Source of the DNA: Brevundimonas sp.
GTDB lineage: Bacteria > Pseudomonadota > Alphaproteobacteria > Caulobacterales > Caulobacteraceae
Assembly: GCF_036402095.1 (NCBI RefSeq)
Contig: NZ_DASWTO010000055.1
Span: forward strand, 9,045-73,044
Length of the DNA stretch: 64,000 nucleotides
Direction of reading: 5' to 3'
Shown: piece by piece, positions 40,275 to 48,639 of the stretch
Position numbering within the stretch: position 1 is the stretch's first letter
Layout: each line of letters starts with the position of its first letter
Notes under the pieces: generated by a model
The model's database searches: none
Told to the model about the DNA's origin: nothing
The model's input: only the letters and a program-made list of their open reading frames with translations
Position numbers and translations under genes: made by a program

Positions 40275-41977
40275 AGCCAGGTCTCGCCCTCGAAGCGATC
40301 GAGGACCTGGGTCAGCCGGTTTCGGGCATGCTCAATGTCGCGCGGGTCCTGGCGGTCCAGAACGCTTTCGAACTCGCGGATCTGGTCGGCGATGAAGGCC
40401 CGCTGGTCCCCGAGGGACTCCTCGTAACAGCGGTTGGCGCGGCTCATGGCCGCCTTGTTGGCGTCGCTGTCGCGCGGGTGCTGTTTGAGAGCGGCCAGGG
40501 CCAGGCGCCGCTTTTCGAAATCGGCGTCAGCCATGACGGCCTCATCGGCGATGACGAGCTCGCGCTTTTCCCCGGTCTTCGGGATGTGGACATCGACTTC
40601 GAGCAGGCCGTTGATGTCGTAGCTGAAACGGATTTCGATCTGCACGCTGCCCAGCGGGCCGGCCGGGATCGGCACCTCCAACTGGCCGAGGAGGATGTTG
40701 TCCGCCACGTTACGGGACTCACCCTGGTAGACCGGGATATTGACCATGCGCTGATTGGCGGCGGCGTTCTGGTAGTACTGGACCCGGCTGGCGGGAATGA
40801 CGGTGTTGCGCTCGATGATCGGGGAAAAGGCGATCCCCAGCGAGCGACCGGCGGCATCATGCTCGCTCGCGCCGACCCCCAGGCTGTAGGGGCAGACGTC
40901 GGTCATGACGACTTCCTTCAACGCCACGTCGCGGGCCTTCAAACCGGCCTGCACGGCGGCGCCCACGGCGACGGCCTCATCCGGGTTAACGGCGTTGGCG
41001 GGGAAGCGGCCGAACATGCGCGTGATGGCGCGGCGCACGATCGGCATCCGCGTTGACCCTCCGACGAGGATGATCTCGGACAGGTCCTCGGCCCGCAGAT
41101 TGGCGTCGCGCAGAGACCGAAGAACCGGGTCGCGCAGGCGGGTCAGCAGCCCTTGGCAGAGGGCCTCGAAATCATCGGCGGTCACTTGCCGTTCGAGGGC
41201 CTTGTCCTTCCAGATGACCGTCATGGTCGCCGAAGGATGCTCGCTCAGGGCCCGGCGCGCGCGTTCGGCGGCGGCCCGGATCCGCTCGCGCAACAGGGGA
41301 TCGGACCGATCCTTCTCCGGGACATCTTTTCCGGCTGTCCGGCGGAATTCCTCCGTCAGAACGTCGTTGAAGTCCTCTCCGCCGAGACGGTTGTCACCGG
41401 TCGAGGCGCGGACTTCGATGATGCCCTCGAAGATTTCCAGCACCGAGACGTCGAACGTCCCGCCGCCGAGGTCGAAGACGAGGAACCGGCTCGCGTCGCC
41501 CAGCTCGTGGATGCCGTAGGCGAGGGCCGCGGCGGTGGGTTCGTTCAGCAGGCGCTCGACTTTCAGCCCGGCGAGCTCGCCCGCGCGTCGGGTCGCCTTG
41601 CGCTGCTTGTCGTTGAAATAGGCGGGGACGGTGATGACGGCCTCGGTGACCGGTTCTCCGAGAAACGCCTCCGCATCCGCCTTGAGCCGGGCGAGCACCA
41701 GAGCCGAAAGCTCTTCGGCCGTGAAGCTCCTCTTGCCCAGCTTCGTGATCCGGCTTGAGCCCATGTAGCGCTTGAAGGCGGTGGCGGTCAGCTCGGGATG
41801 GGTTGATTGCCGCTCGCGAGCGGACAGGCCGACCATCAGCTCGCCGGAGGTTTCATCGAAACTGACCGCCGATGGCGTGAGGACATGGCCGAGGCTGTTC
41901 GGGATCAGCTCCGCCTTGCCGTCGCGAAAAATGCCGACCGCGCTGTTGGTCGTGCCCAGATCGATGCCGATAATCAC
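40271..41977 (-). CDS. Hsp70 family chaperone, short HscC-like form
   Basis: IGIDLGTTNS, VITVPAYFNDKQR, LLNEPTAAALAYG and VFDLGGGTFDVS motifs. It is about 568 aa from the GTG at 41977 and lacks a DnaK-like C-terminal tail. Confidence 0.88.
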   Translation of the reverse strand: MIIGIDLGTTNSAVGIFRDGKAELIPNSLGHVLTPSAVSFDETSGELMVGLSARERQSTHPELTATAFKRYMGSSRITKLGKRSFTAEELSALVLARLKADAEAFLGEPVTEAVITVPAYFNDKQRKATRRAGELAGLKVERLLNEPTAAALAYGIHELGDASRFLVFDLGGGTFDVSVLEIFEGIIEVRASTGDNRLGGEDFNDVLTEEFRRTAGKDVPEKDRSDPLLRERIRAAAERARRALSEHPSATMTVIWKDKALERQVTADDFEALCQGLLTRLRDPVLRSLRDANLRAEDLSEIILVGGSTRMPIVRRAITRMFGRFPANAVNPDEAVAVGAAVQAGLKARDVALKEVVMTDVCPYSLGVGASEHDAAGRSLGIAFSPIIERNTVIPASRVQYYQNAAANQRMVNIPVYQGESRNVADNILLGQLEVPIPAGPLGSVQIEIRFSYDINGLLEVDVHIPKTGEKRELVIADEAVMADADFEKRRLALAALKQHPRDSDANKAAMSRANRCYEESLGDQRAFIADQIREFESVLDRQDPRDIEHARNRLTQVLDRFEGETWL

Positions 41978-42067
41978 GCGTATCCCCCGAACGCCACTCG
42001 CTTTATTCCCTAGCTTGATGGGAAGACGGGTGGAAGTGCGCTGGCGACACGCTCTGTCATTGGGCGT

Positions 42068-42547
42068 ATGACGCCGCCGATGGAACGACCCTTCTGGCAA
42101 ACCAAGCGCCTTGAGCAGATGACGCGCGAGGAATGGGAAAGCCTGTGCGACGGCTGTGGTCTGTGTTGTCTCGTACGGTTTGAGGACGAGGACACGGGCG
42201 AGGTCGTGCCGACCCGCGTACATTGCAGGCTGTTCGATCCCGTGCGCTGCACCTGCTCAGACTACGCCAACCGGCGGGAGCATGTGCCTGACTGCATCAA
42301 GCTGACCCCCTGGAACATCGAGGCGCTCGAGTGGATGCCGAAGTCCTGCGCCTACCGTCGCATCCACGAGGGACGGCCCCTGGCCGACTGGCATCCGCTG
42401 GTGTCGGGCGATCCGGAGAGCGTGCATGAAGCCGGCGTATCGGTACGCGGGCAGACGGTTTCGGAACTGGCGCTGCGGGACCCCGAGGATGCGCTCGATT
42501 TCGAGGCGCCGGAATGGGCGGCCGAACGGGGCGGAAAGCCGCGCTAA
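42068..42547 (+). CDS. ycgN: YcgN-family (UPF0260) cysteine-cluster protein
   Basis: [26 protein letters not shown]...CRLFD...CTCSDY pattern. Confidence 0.85.
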   Translation: MTPPMERPFWQTKRLEQMTREEWESLCDGCGLCCLVRFEDEDTGEVVPTRVHCRLFDPVRCTCSDYANRREHVPDCIKLTPWNIEALEWMPKSCAYRRIHEGRPLADWHPLVSGDPESVHEAGVSVRGQTVSELALRDPEDALDFEAPEWAAERGGKPR

Positions 42548-42984
42548 CCGAAGTCTCGTTGTTCATCCGCACAATGCCGGGATCGCAACCTCCGCCCGCG
42601 AACGTGCAACGGGAGCAGGTCGAACGGCGCTGGCGGGGGGGCATGACGATCATGTCGGGAGCCCATCCAGGTGGCGGAGCTGTTGCGGGTGATCGCTGCA
42701 CGGCTGGGACAGCGGGCGGCGGACCGGGACGGCGCCACGGCGCCTGACCGTGACGCTGTGCTTACCTTTCGGGAATCTATAGTCGGATTGGCGAGATGAA
42801 ATTTCGCAAAATCAGTCACTTAGCGATTTCTCGAGTCAATGTTTCATCCTGAGAACGCTGTGGGCGCATAATGTGGGAACGTCGGAGAGACAGGTGAGCG
42901 TCCCCATCGCGTAGGGGAGGGGCGCGCCTGGGGCCGACCTGAGCTGAGCCCTCCCCGCGCGCGGGCGCCACACCGGAGATCACC

Positions 42985-44145
42985 ATGCTGAACTGGCGGC
43001 GCCCCTTCGGGGGGCGGCGGAGCGTCGTTGCGCCCGAGATCAAGGATAGCCGGGTCGGCCCCCTGATCGCCCTGACCAGCGCAGGGCGTCCGCGGTGGAC
43101 GCCGAGAGACTACGCCAACCTGGCGAACGAGGGCTTTGCCCGGAACGCCGTGGCCTACCGCTGCGTGCGAATGGTCGCCGAAGCCGCGGCGTCGACGCCC
43201 CTGACCGTCTTCATCGACGGGGCCAGACGCGACGATCATCCGCTGGCGAGATTGCTGGCGCAGCCAAACCCCGAGCAGTCGGGCACGGAATGGCTGGAGG
43301 CGCTGTACGGCGGCCTGCAAACGGCGGGAAACGCCTATGCCGAGGCCGTGGGGGAAGACGCGCCCGCAGAGCTTTGGGCGCTGCGGCCGGATCGGGTGAA
43401 GGTGGTCCCGGGGCGCGCGGGCTGGGCCGAAGCCTATGAGTATTCCGTCGACGGCCGCTCTCTGCGGATCGGTCGGCAGGCGGACGGCTGGATGCCGGTG
43501 ATGCAGCTGAAGCTGTTTCATCCGACAGACGATCACTACGGCTTTTCACCGCTCGAGGCGGCGGCGTCGGCGATCGACGTGCACAACGCATCCAGCGCGT
43601 GGAACAAGGCGTTGCTGGACAATGCGGCGCGGCCCAGCGGGGCGTTGGTCTACGGCTCCAAGGATGGTGAGCGGCTGTCGGCTGAGCAGTTCGAGACCCT
43701 CCGGTCACAGATCAACGAGAGCCACGCCGGCACAATCAACGCGGGGCGTCCGATGCTTCTCGAAGGGGGGCTCGACTGGAAGCCGATGAGCTGGACACCC
43801 GCCGACATGGATTTCATCGCCGGGAAGCACGCGGCGGCGCGCGAGATCGCCCTGGCCTTTGGCGTCGCGCCCCAACTGCTCGGCATCCCCGGCGACGCGA
43901 CCTACTCGAACTACCGCGAAGCCAACGCAGCCTTCTGGCGCGGCACAGTCGCGCCGCTCGCGAGAAAGACGGCTGCCGCGCTGACCGGATGGCTGGGCGG
44001 TCGGTTCCCGGGAGCAAGGATCGAGGCCGATCTGGACGGCGTGCCGGCGCTGCAGCCGGAGCGGGACGCGCTGTGGGCACGCCTGGAGGCGGCCAGCTTT
44101 CTGACGAACGAAGAGCGGCGGCGCATGGCTGGAGTAGGATTGTGA
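42985..44145 (+). CDS. HK97-family portal protein (GTA g3)
   Basis: 386 aa. YRCVRMVAEAAASTPL..., HPLARLLAQPNP and GIPGDATYSNYREA motifs. RBS GGAGA at 42975-42979. Confidence 0.92.
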   Translation: MLNWRRPFGGRRSVVAPEIKDSRVGPLIALTSAGRPRWTPRDYANLANEGFARNAVAYRCVRMVAEAAASTPLTVFIDGARRDDHPLARLLAQPNPEQSGTEWLEALYGGLQTAGNAYAEAVGEDAPAELWALRPDRVKVVPGRAGWAEAYEYSVDGRSLRIGRQADGWMPVMQLKLFHPTDDHYGFSPLEAAASAIDVHNASSAWNKALLDNAARPSGALVYGSKDGERLSAEQFETLRSQINESHAGTINAGRPMLLEGGLDWKPMSWTPADMDFIAGKHAAAREIALAFGVAPQLLGIPGDATYSNYREANAAFWRGTVAPLARKTAAALTGWLGGRFPGARIEADLDGVPALQPERDALWARLEAASFLTNEERRRMAGVGL

Positions 44146-44366
44146 TGGATATGCGGAAGGTTCCGGTCGCGGTCATCGCGGCGCTGGCGGTGCAGACCGC
44201 CGGGGCCTTGGTGTGGGCGGGCGGGGCCGCGGCCCGGATCGCCACCCTGGAGGACAGGGTGAGCGAGCATCGTCAGGTGGCGGAGCGGCTTGCGCGGCTG
44301 GAAGAGCAGAGCAAGGCCACGAGGGCCGCCGTCGAGCGGATGGAGACGAGGATGGAGCGGGGCTAG
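44145..44366 (+). CDS. small GTA protein (g3.5-like), one TM plus coiled coil
   Basis: TGATG coupling to the portal gene. 73 aa with a hydrophobic N-terminus and a charged helical tail. The position matches RcGTA g3.5. Confidence 0.5.
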   Translation: MDMRKVPVAVIAALAVQTAGALVWAGGAAARIATLEDRVSEHRQVAERLARLEEQSKATRAAVERMETRMERG

Positions 44367-44821
44367 CGCGACGGCCTCGGACGCGGCTCACGGTCGCAGT
44401 CATCGGCGGTCAGCCGGAAGGTCCCATAGTTGCGGCCGATGTTGGCGCCAAGCGGATCGGACGACCGGCTGATGAGGTCGAGGGTCATGACGCCGCCGGG
44501 CGTGAGTGCGCCCTGCCCGGCGTTGCCCCAGCCGTCGACGAAAGTGAAACGCAGCGTTCCATCACGACCCATGCGGGCGGGCTCGTCCTCAACGTGAAGG
44601 ATTTCCTGACTGTCGGGCATGGCGTTGGTGAAACTGATCAAGGTCTGACCGTTGCGCGCTGCGACCCGGGCCCGCATCGAGAAGTCGCCCAGGGCAAAGG
44701 TCTCGCGACCGGTGTCCGCGACCAGTGGCTCGACCAGACAATAGTCACCCGGAGCGATCGGCGGAACCGAGGCGCAGCCCGCCAAGCCTGTGACAATCAT
44801 GGAGACAGGGATGAGGCGCAT
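44363..44821 (-). CDS. hypothetical lipoprotein inserted antisense in the GTA cluster
   Basis: Lipobox MRLIPVSMIVTGLAG|C. It is the only protein-like ORF in the 453-bp g3.5/g4 gap. It shares CTAG with the g3.5 stop and CATG with the g4 start. I saw no obvious SD. Confidence 0.5.
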   Translation of the reverse strand: MRLIPVSMIVTGLAGCASVPPIAPGDYCLVEPLVADTGRETFALGDFSMRARVAARNGQTLISFTNAMPDSQEILHVEDEPARMGRDGTLRFTFVDGWGNAGQGALTPGGVMTLDLISRSSDPLGANIGRNYGTFRLTADDCDREPRPRPSR

Positions 44822-45302
44822 GGCCCAACGCTATCATGATGTGGCGTCGACCGAAGGAGCAGAGGGCCTGCGAATCGCCGGGTACGCCTCGCTATGGGGC
44901 GTGGCCGATCTCAACGGCGATGTCATCGCGAGGGGCAGCTTCGCGGCCAGCCTGGCCGCGGGCGGCGCGCAAGGGGTTCGGATGCTGCACCAGCACGAGG
45001 GACGGTCGCCGGTCGGCGTTTGGGATGAAATGTTCGAGGACGACCGCGGCCTGCGGGTGCGAGGTCGGATCATGGACTGGTCAGCCGAGGCCCGGTTCGC
45101 GCAGGCGCTGTCGCGGGCCGGAGCGCTGGACGGGTTATCGATCGGGTTCCGGAGTCAGCGTGCGCGGCGCGAGGGACGGCTGCGGATTCTGGTGGAAGTC
45201 GAGCTTTGGGAGGTGTCGCTGGTGACCTTTCCCATGCTGCCCGCGGCGCGCTTCAAAGTGAGGCCCACGACAGCAGAGGAGCGAGTCGCTGCCCGCCAGT
45301 AG
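44820..45302 (+). CDS. HK97-family prohead protease (GTA g4)
   Basis: IAGYASLWGVADLNGDVIARGSF..., HQHE and LDGLSIGF...WEVSLVTFP motifs. Confidence 0.85.
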   Translation: MAQRYHDVASTEGAEGLRIAGYASLWGVADLNGDVIARGSFAASLAAGGAQGVRMLHQHEGRSPVGVWDEMFEDDRGLRVRGRIMDWSAEARFAQALSRAGALDGLSIGFRSQRARREGRLRILVEVELWEVSLVTFPMLPAARFKVRPTTAEERVAARQ

Positions 45303-45306
45303 CGGC

Positions 45307-45705
45307 TCAGGGGCTTTGGCGGCCCGAAAGTCGCGCGATCTCGCTCTGCGGAACGACGCGCGCGACCTGGACATTGCAGGTCCGCAGGAGGGTCGCGTGA
45401 CTGCGGATGTCCAGGTGAGCCGGGTCACCGATGCAGACATCGGCGTTTTCCGGGCCGACCGGGCGCAGGCCGATGCTCACCTCACCGGACGGACCGAGGC
45501 AGGCGGCTGGGCCGGTCAACAGGAGGGCTTCACCACTGTCGACCCTGACATATGCGCCGGCGCCGGGATCCAGCTTGATCAGCCGGGCCTCGCCCGCCGA
45601 GAAGCAACGGCGGGCCCCTGAGGGCGCACCCGTCGGTGCTTCGCTCCCCACGGGAGCGCAGCCTGTGACGATGAGCAATGTCGCGAGTGTTCCAACCAGG
45701 CGCAT
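45307..45705 (-). CDS. hypothetical Cys-rich lipoprotein inserted antisense in the GTA cluster
   Basis: Lipobox LLIVTG|C and a strong SD (AAGGAG) 7 nt upstream of the ATG. It ends 4 nt from the g4 stop (convergent). Confidence 0.6.
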   Translation of the reverse strand: MRLVGTLATLLIVTGCAPVGSEAPTGAPSGARRCFSAGEARLIKLDPGAGAYVRVDSGEALLLTGPAACLGPSGEVSIGLRPVGPENADVCIGDPAHLDIRSHATLLRTCNVQVARVVPQSEIARLSGRQSP

Positions 45706-45781
45706 AGCCGCACTCCTTCAGGTTGAGTAACCGTCGAACTGTCACACGCCGCCGCGGCCGGGTCAACAGGACTGGCCCCCG

Positions 45782-46564
45782 TCATGACGGGAAGGCGCGA
45801 GCCTTCTTCGTGCTCAACGCTTTCGCGGCATGCGTGAGAGCGGTCCTGGCGGCGGGCTTTCGGAGGATCGCGCCGAGCCAGATCGCAGCGACGACCACGA
45901 AGATGAAGGAGACCCGAAACAGGATCACGGCGAGAAGCCCGGCGACCGCCACGGCAAGCCAGATTCCGGTCAGGAGCGACTTGAGTTGAGGGGTCGAATG
46001 GGGATCGAGCGGCTCGCGTAACATCGCATCCAGATCCGAGGCCGGATCTTCCTGCAAACGCTCCAGCGGCCCACGGTTGACGAGGGGACGGGTCCCCGGG
46101 CTCCCCTCGACGGGCTCACGATCCTGATGCTGATGGAGCGCCAGCAGGGGGCTCGGTTTCATGAGGGCGGCGGGATCGAAGGCGATGGACTCGCCCTGAT
46201 CGTTGAGGGTGAAGACCTGCTCGAACGGAGTCTGGGTGAAGTCGATCGCCCGGGTGTCCTGGCCATAGGCGTCGCCAGGGAGGGCGAGGAGTCGGCCGTT
46301 CCTGAGCTCGACCTGGAAGGCGATCGGATCGGGCAGACCGCCGACCATGGCGTGGACCGTCCCGAAGCGACCGGTGGCCCGCTCATCCGACAGGGGGCGG
46401 CGCGAGCTGACGATGACTTCGCTGAACAGGCCGGAGCCTGTGTTGCGGCGGGTGCCCGGCAGGCTTTCCTCGAACTGGCCGGCGAGGTCCGGCGCGACGT
46501 GGCGCAGGTCGTGAGCCATGGCGGCCATGACCTCGCGTTCGAGCCTGGTGAATCGGGGGCTCAT
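45782..46564 (-). CDS. hypothetical membrane protein inserted antisense in the GTA cluster
   Basis: About 260 aa from the ATG at 46564. A soluble N-terminal domain of about 200 aa is followed by two TM helices (LLTGIWLAVAVAGLLAVILF and FIFVVVAAIWLGAIL). Third codon positions are consistently G/C. The start is uncertain. Confidence 0.55.
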   Translation of the reverse strand: MSPRFTRLEREVMAAMAHDLRHVAPDLAGQFEESLPGTRRNTGSGLFSEVIVSSRRPLSDERATGRFGTVHAMVGGLPDPIAFQVELRNGRLLALPGDAYGQDTRAIDFTQTPFEQVFTLNDQGESIAFDPAALMKPSPLLALHQHQDREPVEGSPGTRPLVNRGPLERLQEDPASDLDAMLREPLDPHSTPQLKSLLTGIWLAVAVAGLLAVILFRVSFIFVVVAAIWLGAILRKPAARTALTHAAKALSTKKARAFPS

Positions 46565-46685
46565 CCGGCGACCGCGCCGAGCGCTGCCAGGCGAACGCTG
46601 CGGTGGCGCAACGAGATCTTCTGCAGGGGGCGGCTCACGCCCCGATCCTAACCGCATCCCGCGGTTCCTGAAACCTGGAGACACC

Positions 46686-47936
46686 ATGAAAGAGACCAAG
46701 ACGGCCTCGGGCACCCCCGAGGCGCGCGCCGCCATGCACGAGATGATGGCGGCGTTCGAGGCATTCAAAGGGGCGAATGACGCCCGGTTGGATGAAATCG
46801 AGCGCAAGTCCACCGCAGACACGCTGCTGGAGGAGAAGGTGGCGCGGATCGACCAGGCCGTGAGCAGCGCCCAGGCGCGGCTGGATCGTGTCGTGAGCGA
46901 GGGGCGACGTCCCGGCATCGGCGCTGATGCGACGGGCCGGTTCGCCGTGTCGCGGTCCGACTCCACATTCCATGGGGAGGAGAAGGCCGCGTTCGACGGG
47001 TACCTGAAGTCCGGCGCCTCGTTCGGCCTCGAGCTGAAGGCGGGACTGTCGACCGCGTCGAACTCGGCCGGCTATGTCGTGCCCGAACAGACCGAGCGAG
47101 CCATCGAGCGGCGGCTGATGGCCGGCTCGCCGATGCGCGAGATCGCGAGCGTGCGGACGGTCGGATCCGGGATGTTCAGAAAGCCGGTTTCGACTGCCGG
47201 GCTTGCCGCGGGCTGGGTCGCGGAAACGGCGGCGCGGCCGGAGACGGACCCGGCGACCCTGGCCTTGCTGGAGTTCCCGTCTGCCGATCTGTACGCCAGT
47301 CCCGCGGCCACGCAGAGCCTGCTCGACGACGCTCTGATCGACCTGGACGAATGGCTGGCTTCCGAGGTCGAGGATGCGTTCGCCGCGCAGGAGACCAGCG
47401 CCTTCGTGACCGGCGACGGCGTCAACAAGCCCAAGGGATTCCTCAGCTACGACATCGTCGCGGAGGCGAGCCATGAGTGGGGCAAGATCGGCTATGTGGC
47501 CTCGGGCGCCGCAGGGGCGTTCGCAGCGTCCAGCCCCACGGATCGTCTGATCGATCTGATCTATGCGCCGAAGGCCCGGTACCGGCCGAACGGGCGCTTC
47601 GTGATGAACCGCAGGACCGTGTCGGCGGTGCGAAAATTCAAGGATAGCGACGGAGCGTATGTCTGGCAGCCGGCGCAACGGCCGGGAGAAACCGCCAGCC
47701 TGCTGGGGTACGCCGTCACCGAGATCGAGACCATGCCCGACGTGGGGGCGGACGCGGCCGCGATCGCCTTCGGCGATTTCCAGCGCGGTTACCTGATCGT
47801 AGACCGCGCCGGCGTCCGCGTGCTGCGGGATCCGTACTCCGCCAAGCCCTACGTGCTCTTCTACACGACCAAGCGGGTCGGCGGCGGCGTGCAGAATTTC
47901 GACGCCATCAAGGTTCTGAAGTTCAGCGCAACCTAG
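46686..47936 (+). CDS. HK97-family major capsid protein (GTA g5)
   Basis: An N-terminal delta-domain coiled coil and then the capsid body (GYVVPEQ, FVTGDGVNKPKGFL, YVWQP, RVGGGVQNFDAIK). RBS GGAGA lies upstream of the ATG at 46686. Confidence 0.92.
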   Translation: MKETKTASGTPEARAAMHEMMAAFEAFKGANDARLDEIERKSTADTLLEEKVARIDQAVSSAQARLDRVVSEGRRPGIGADATGRFAVSRSDSTFHGEEKAAFDGYLKSGASFGLELKAGLSTASNSAGYVVPEQTERAIERRLMAGSPMREIASVRTVGSGMFRKPVSTAGLAAGWVAETAARPETDPATLALLEFPSADLYASPAATQSLLDDALIDLDEWLASEVEDAFAAQETSAFVTGDGVNKPKGFLSYDIVAEASHEWGKIGYVASGAAGAFAASSPTDRLIDLIYAPKARYRPNGRFVMNRRTVSAVRKFKDSDGAYVWQPAQRPGETASLLGYAVTEIETMPDVGADAAAIAFGDFQRGYLIVDRAGVRVLRDPYSAKPYVLFYTTKRVGGGVQNFDAIKVLKFSAT

Positions 47937-48082
47937 TCGCCAGCAGGCATGGCCGGGTGGGGGGCGAGAGATCGTCGCTCACCCAGGCTCCCCAGGTGAA
48001 GCCGGCGACGGCAGGAGTGGGTCGAGCGGGTGCTCGAGTTCGTGCGTCCTCCCAAGCCCCCATTGAGCAAAGCGAGACACAG

Positions 48083-48349
48083 ATGACCGCACCGGTGTCC
48101 CTCACCGAGGCGAAGCTGTTCCTGCGCGTCGACCACGACGCCGAGGACGCGCTGATACAAACCCTCATCGACGCGGCCCAGGAAAGGGTCGGGCAAGATG
48201 TGGGTCTGGTGCTGACGTCGACCTCGCCCGCGCCCTTGCGGCTCGCGATCCTGATGCTGGCCCTGCGCGCCTATGAGCGTGGCGAAAGCGAGATGCCGAT
48301 CCAGCCTGTAGAAGCCTGGATCGCACCTTATCGCGTGGTGCGGTTGTGA
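48083..48349 (+). CDS. head-tail connector protein (GTA g6)
   Basis: VSLTEAKLFLRVDHDAEDALIQTLIDAA is typical of gp6-like connectors. Confidence 0.75.
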   Translation: MTAPVSLTEAKLFLRVDHDAEDALIQTLIDAAQERVGQDVGLVLTSTSPAPLRLAILMLALRAYERGESEMPIQPVEAWIAPYRVVRL

Positions 48350-48639
48350 GGGTGTTGGCGGGCCTGTTCGAGGGACTGGAGAGTCAGACGCCCTACGGCG
48401 GGCGGGCGGTCCACTGGGAGCCCTTGGGATCTGCGTGGCTGAAGGTGGGGCCGCGACGGAGGCGCGAGAAGAACGAGCCGGGCGGCGCACGGATCGTCGA
48501 GATCATGACAGCCGAAGCCCGGGCCGATGCGCGTCTGCTTCCGGAGCGGGTGCTGAGGTTCGGCGGCGCCGACTGGCGGATCCGGTCGTCCGAGACAGTG
48601 GGCGGGGCGGCCATCCTGAATCTGGAGCGGACGACATGA
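48346..48639 (+). CDS. head-tail adaptor / head closure protein (GTA g7)
   Basis: GTGA coupling to g6. Size, position and the ...WA.v.p... pattern are consistent with a phage head-tail joining protein. Confidence 0.7.
   Translation: MRVLAGLFEGLESQTPYGGRAVHWEPLGSAWLKVGPRRRREKNEPGGARIVEIMTAEARADARLLPERVLRFGGADWRIRSSETVGGAAILNLERTT

Noticed and set aside
42514-42800. Small ORFs in the GTA leader as possible terminase or g1 remnants. These are the 77-aa track ORF 42514..42747 and a roughly 45-codon frame reading ...VAELLRVIAARLGQRAADRDGATAPDRDAVLTFRESIVGLAR.
   Set aside because: I saw no Walker, nuclease or any other recognisable motif. They are too short and low-complexity to support a call without a database search.
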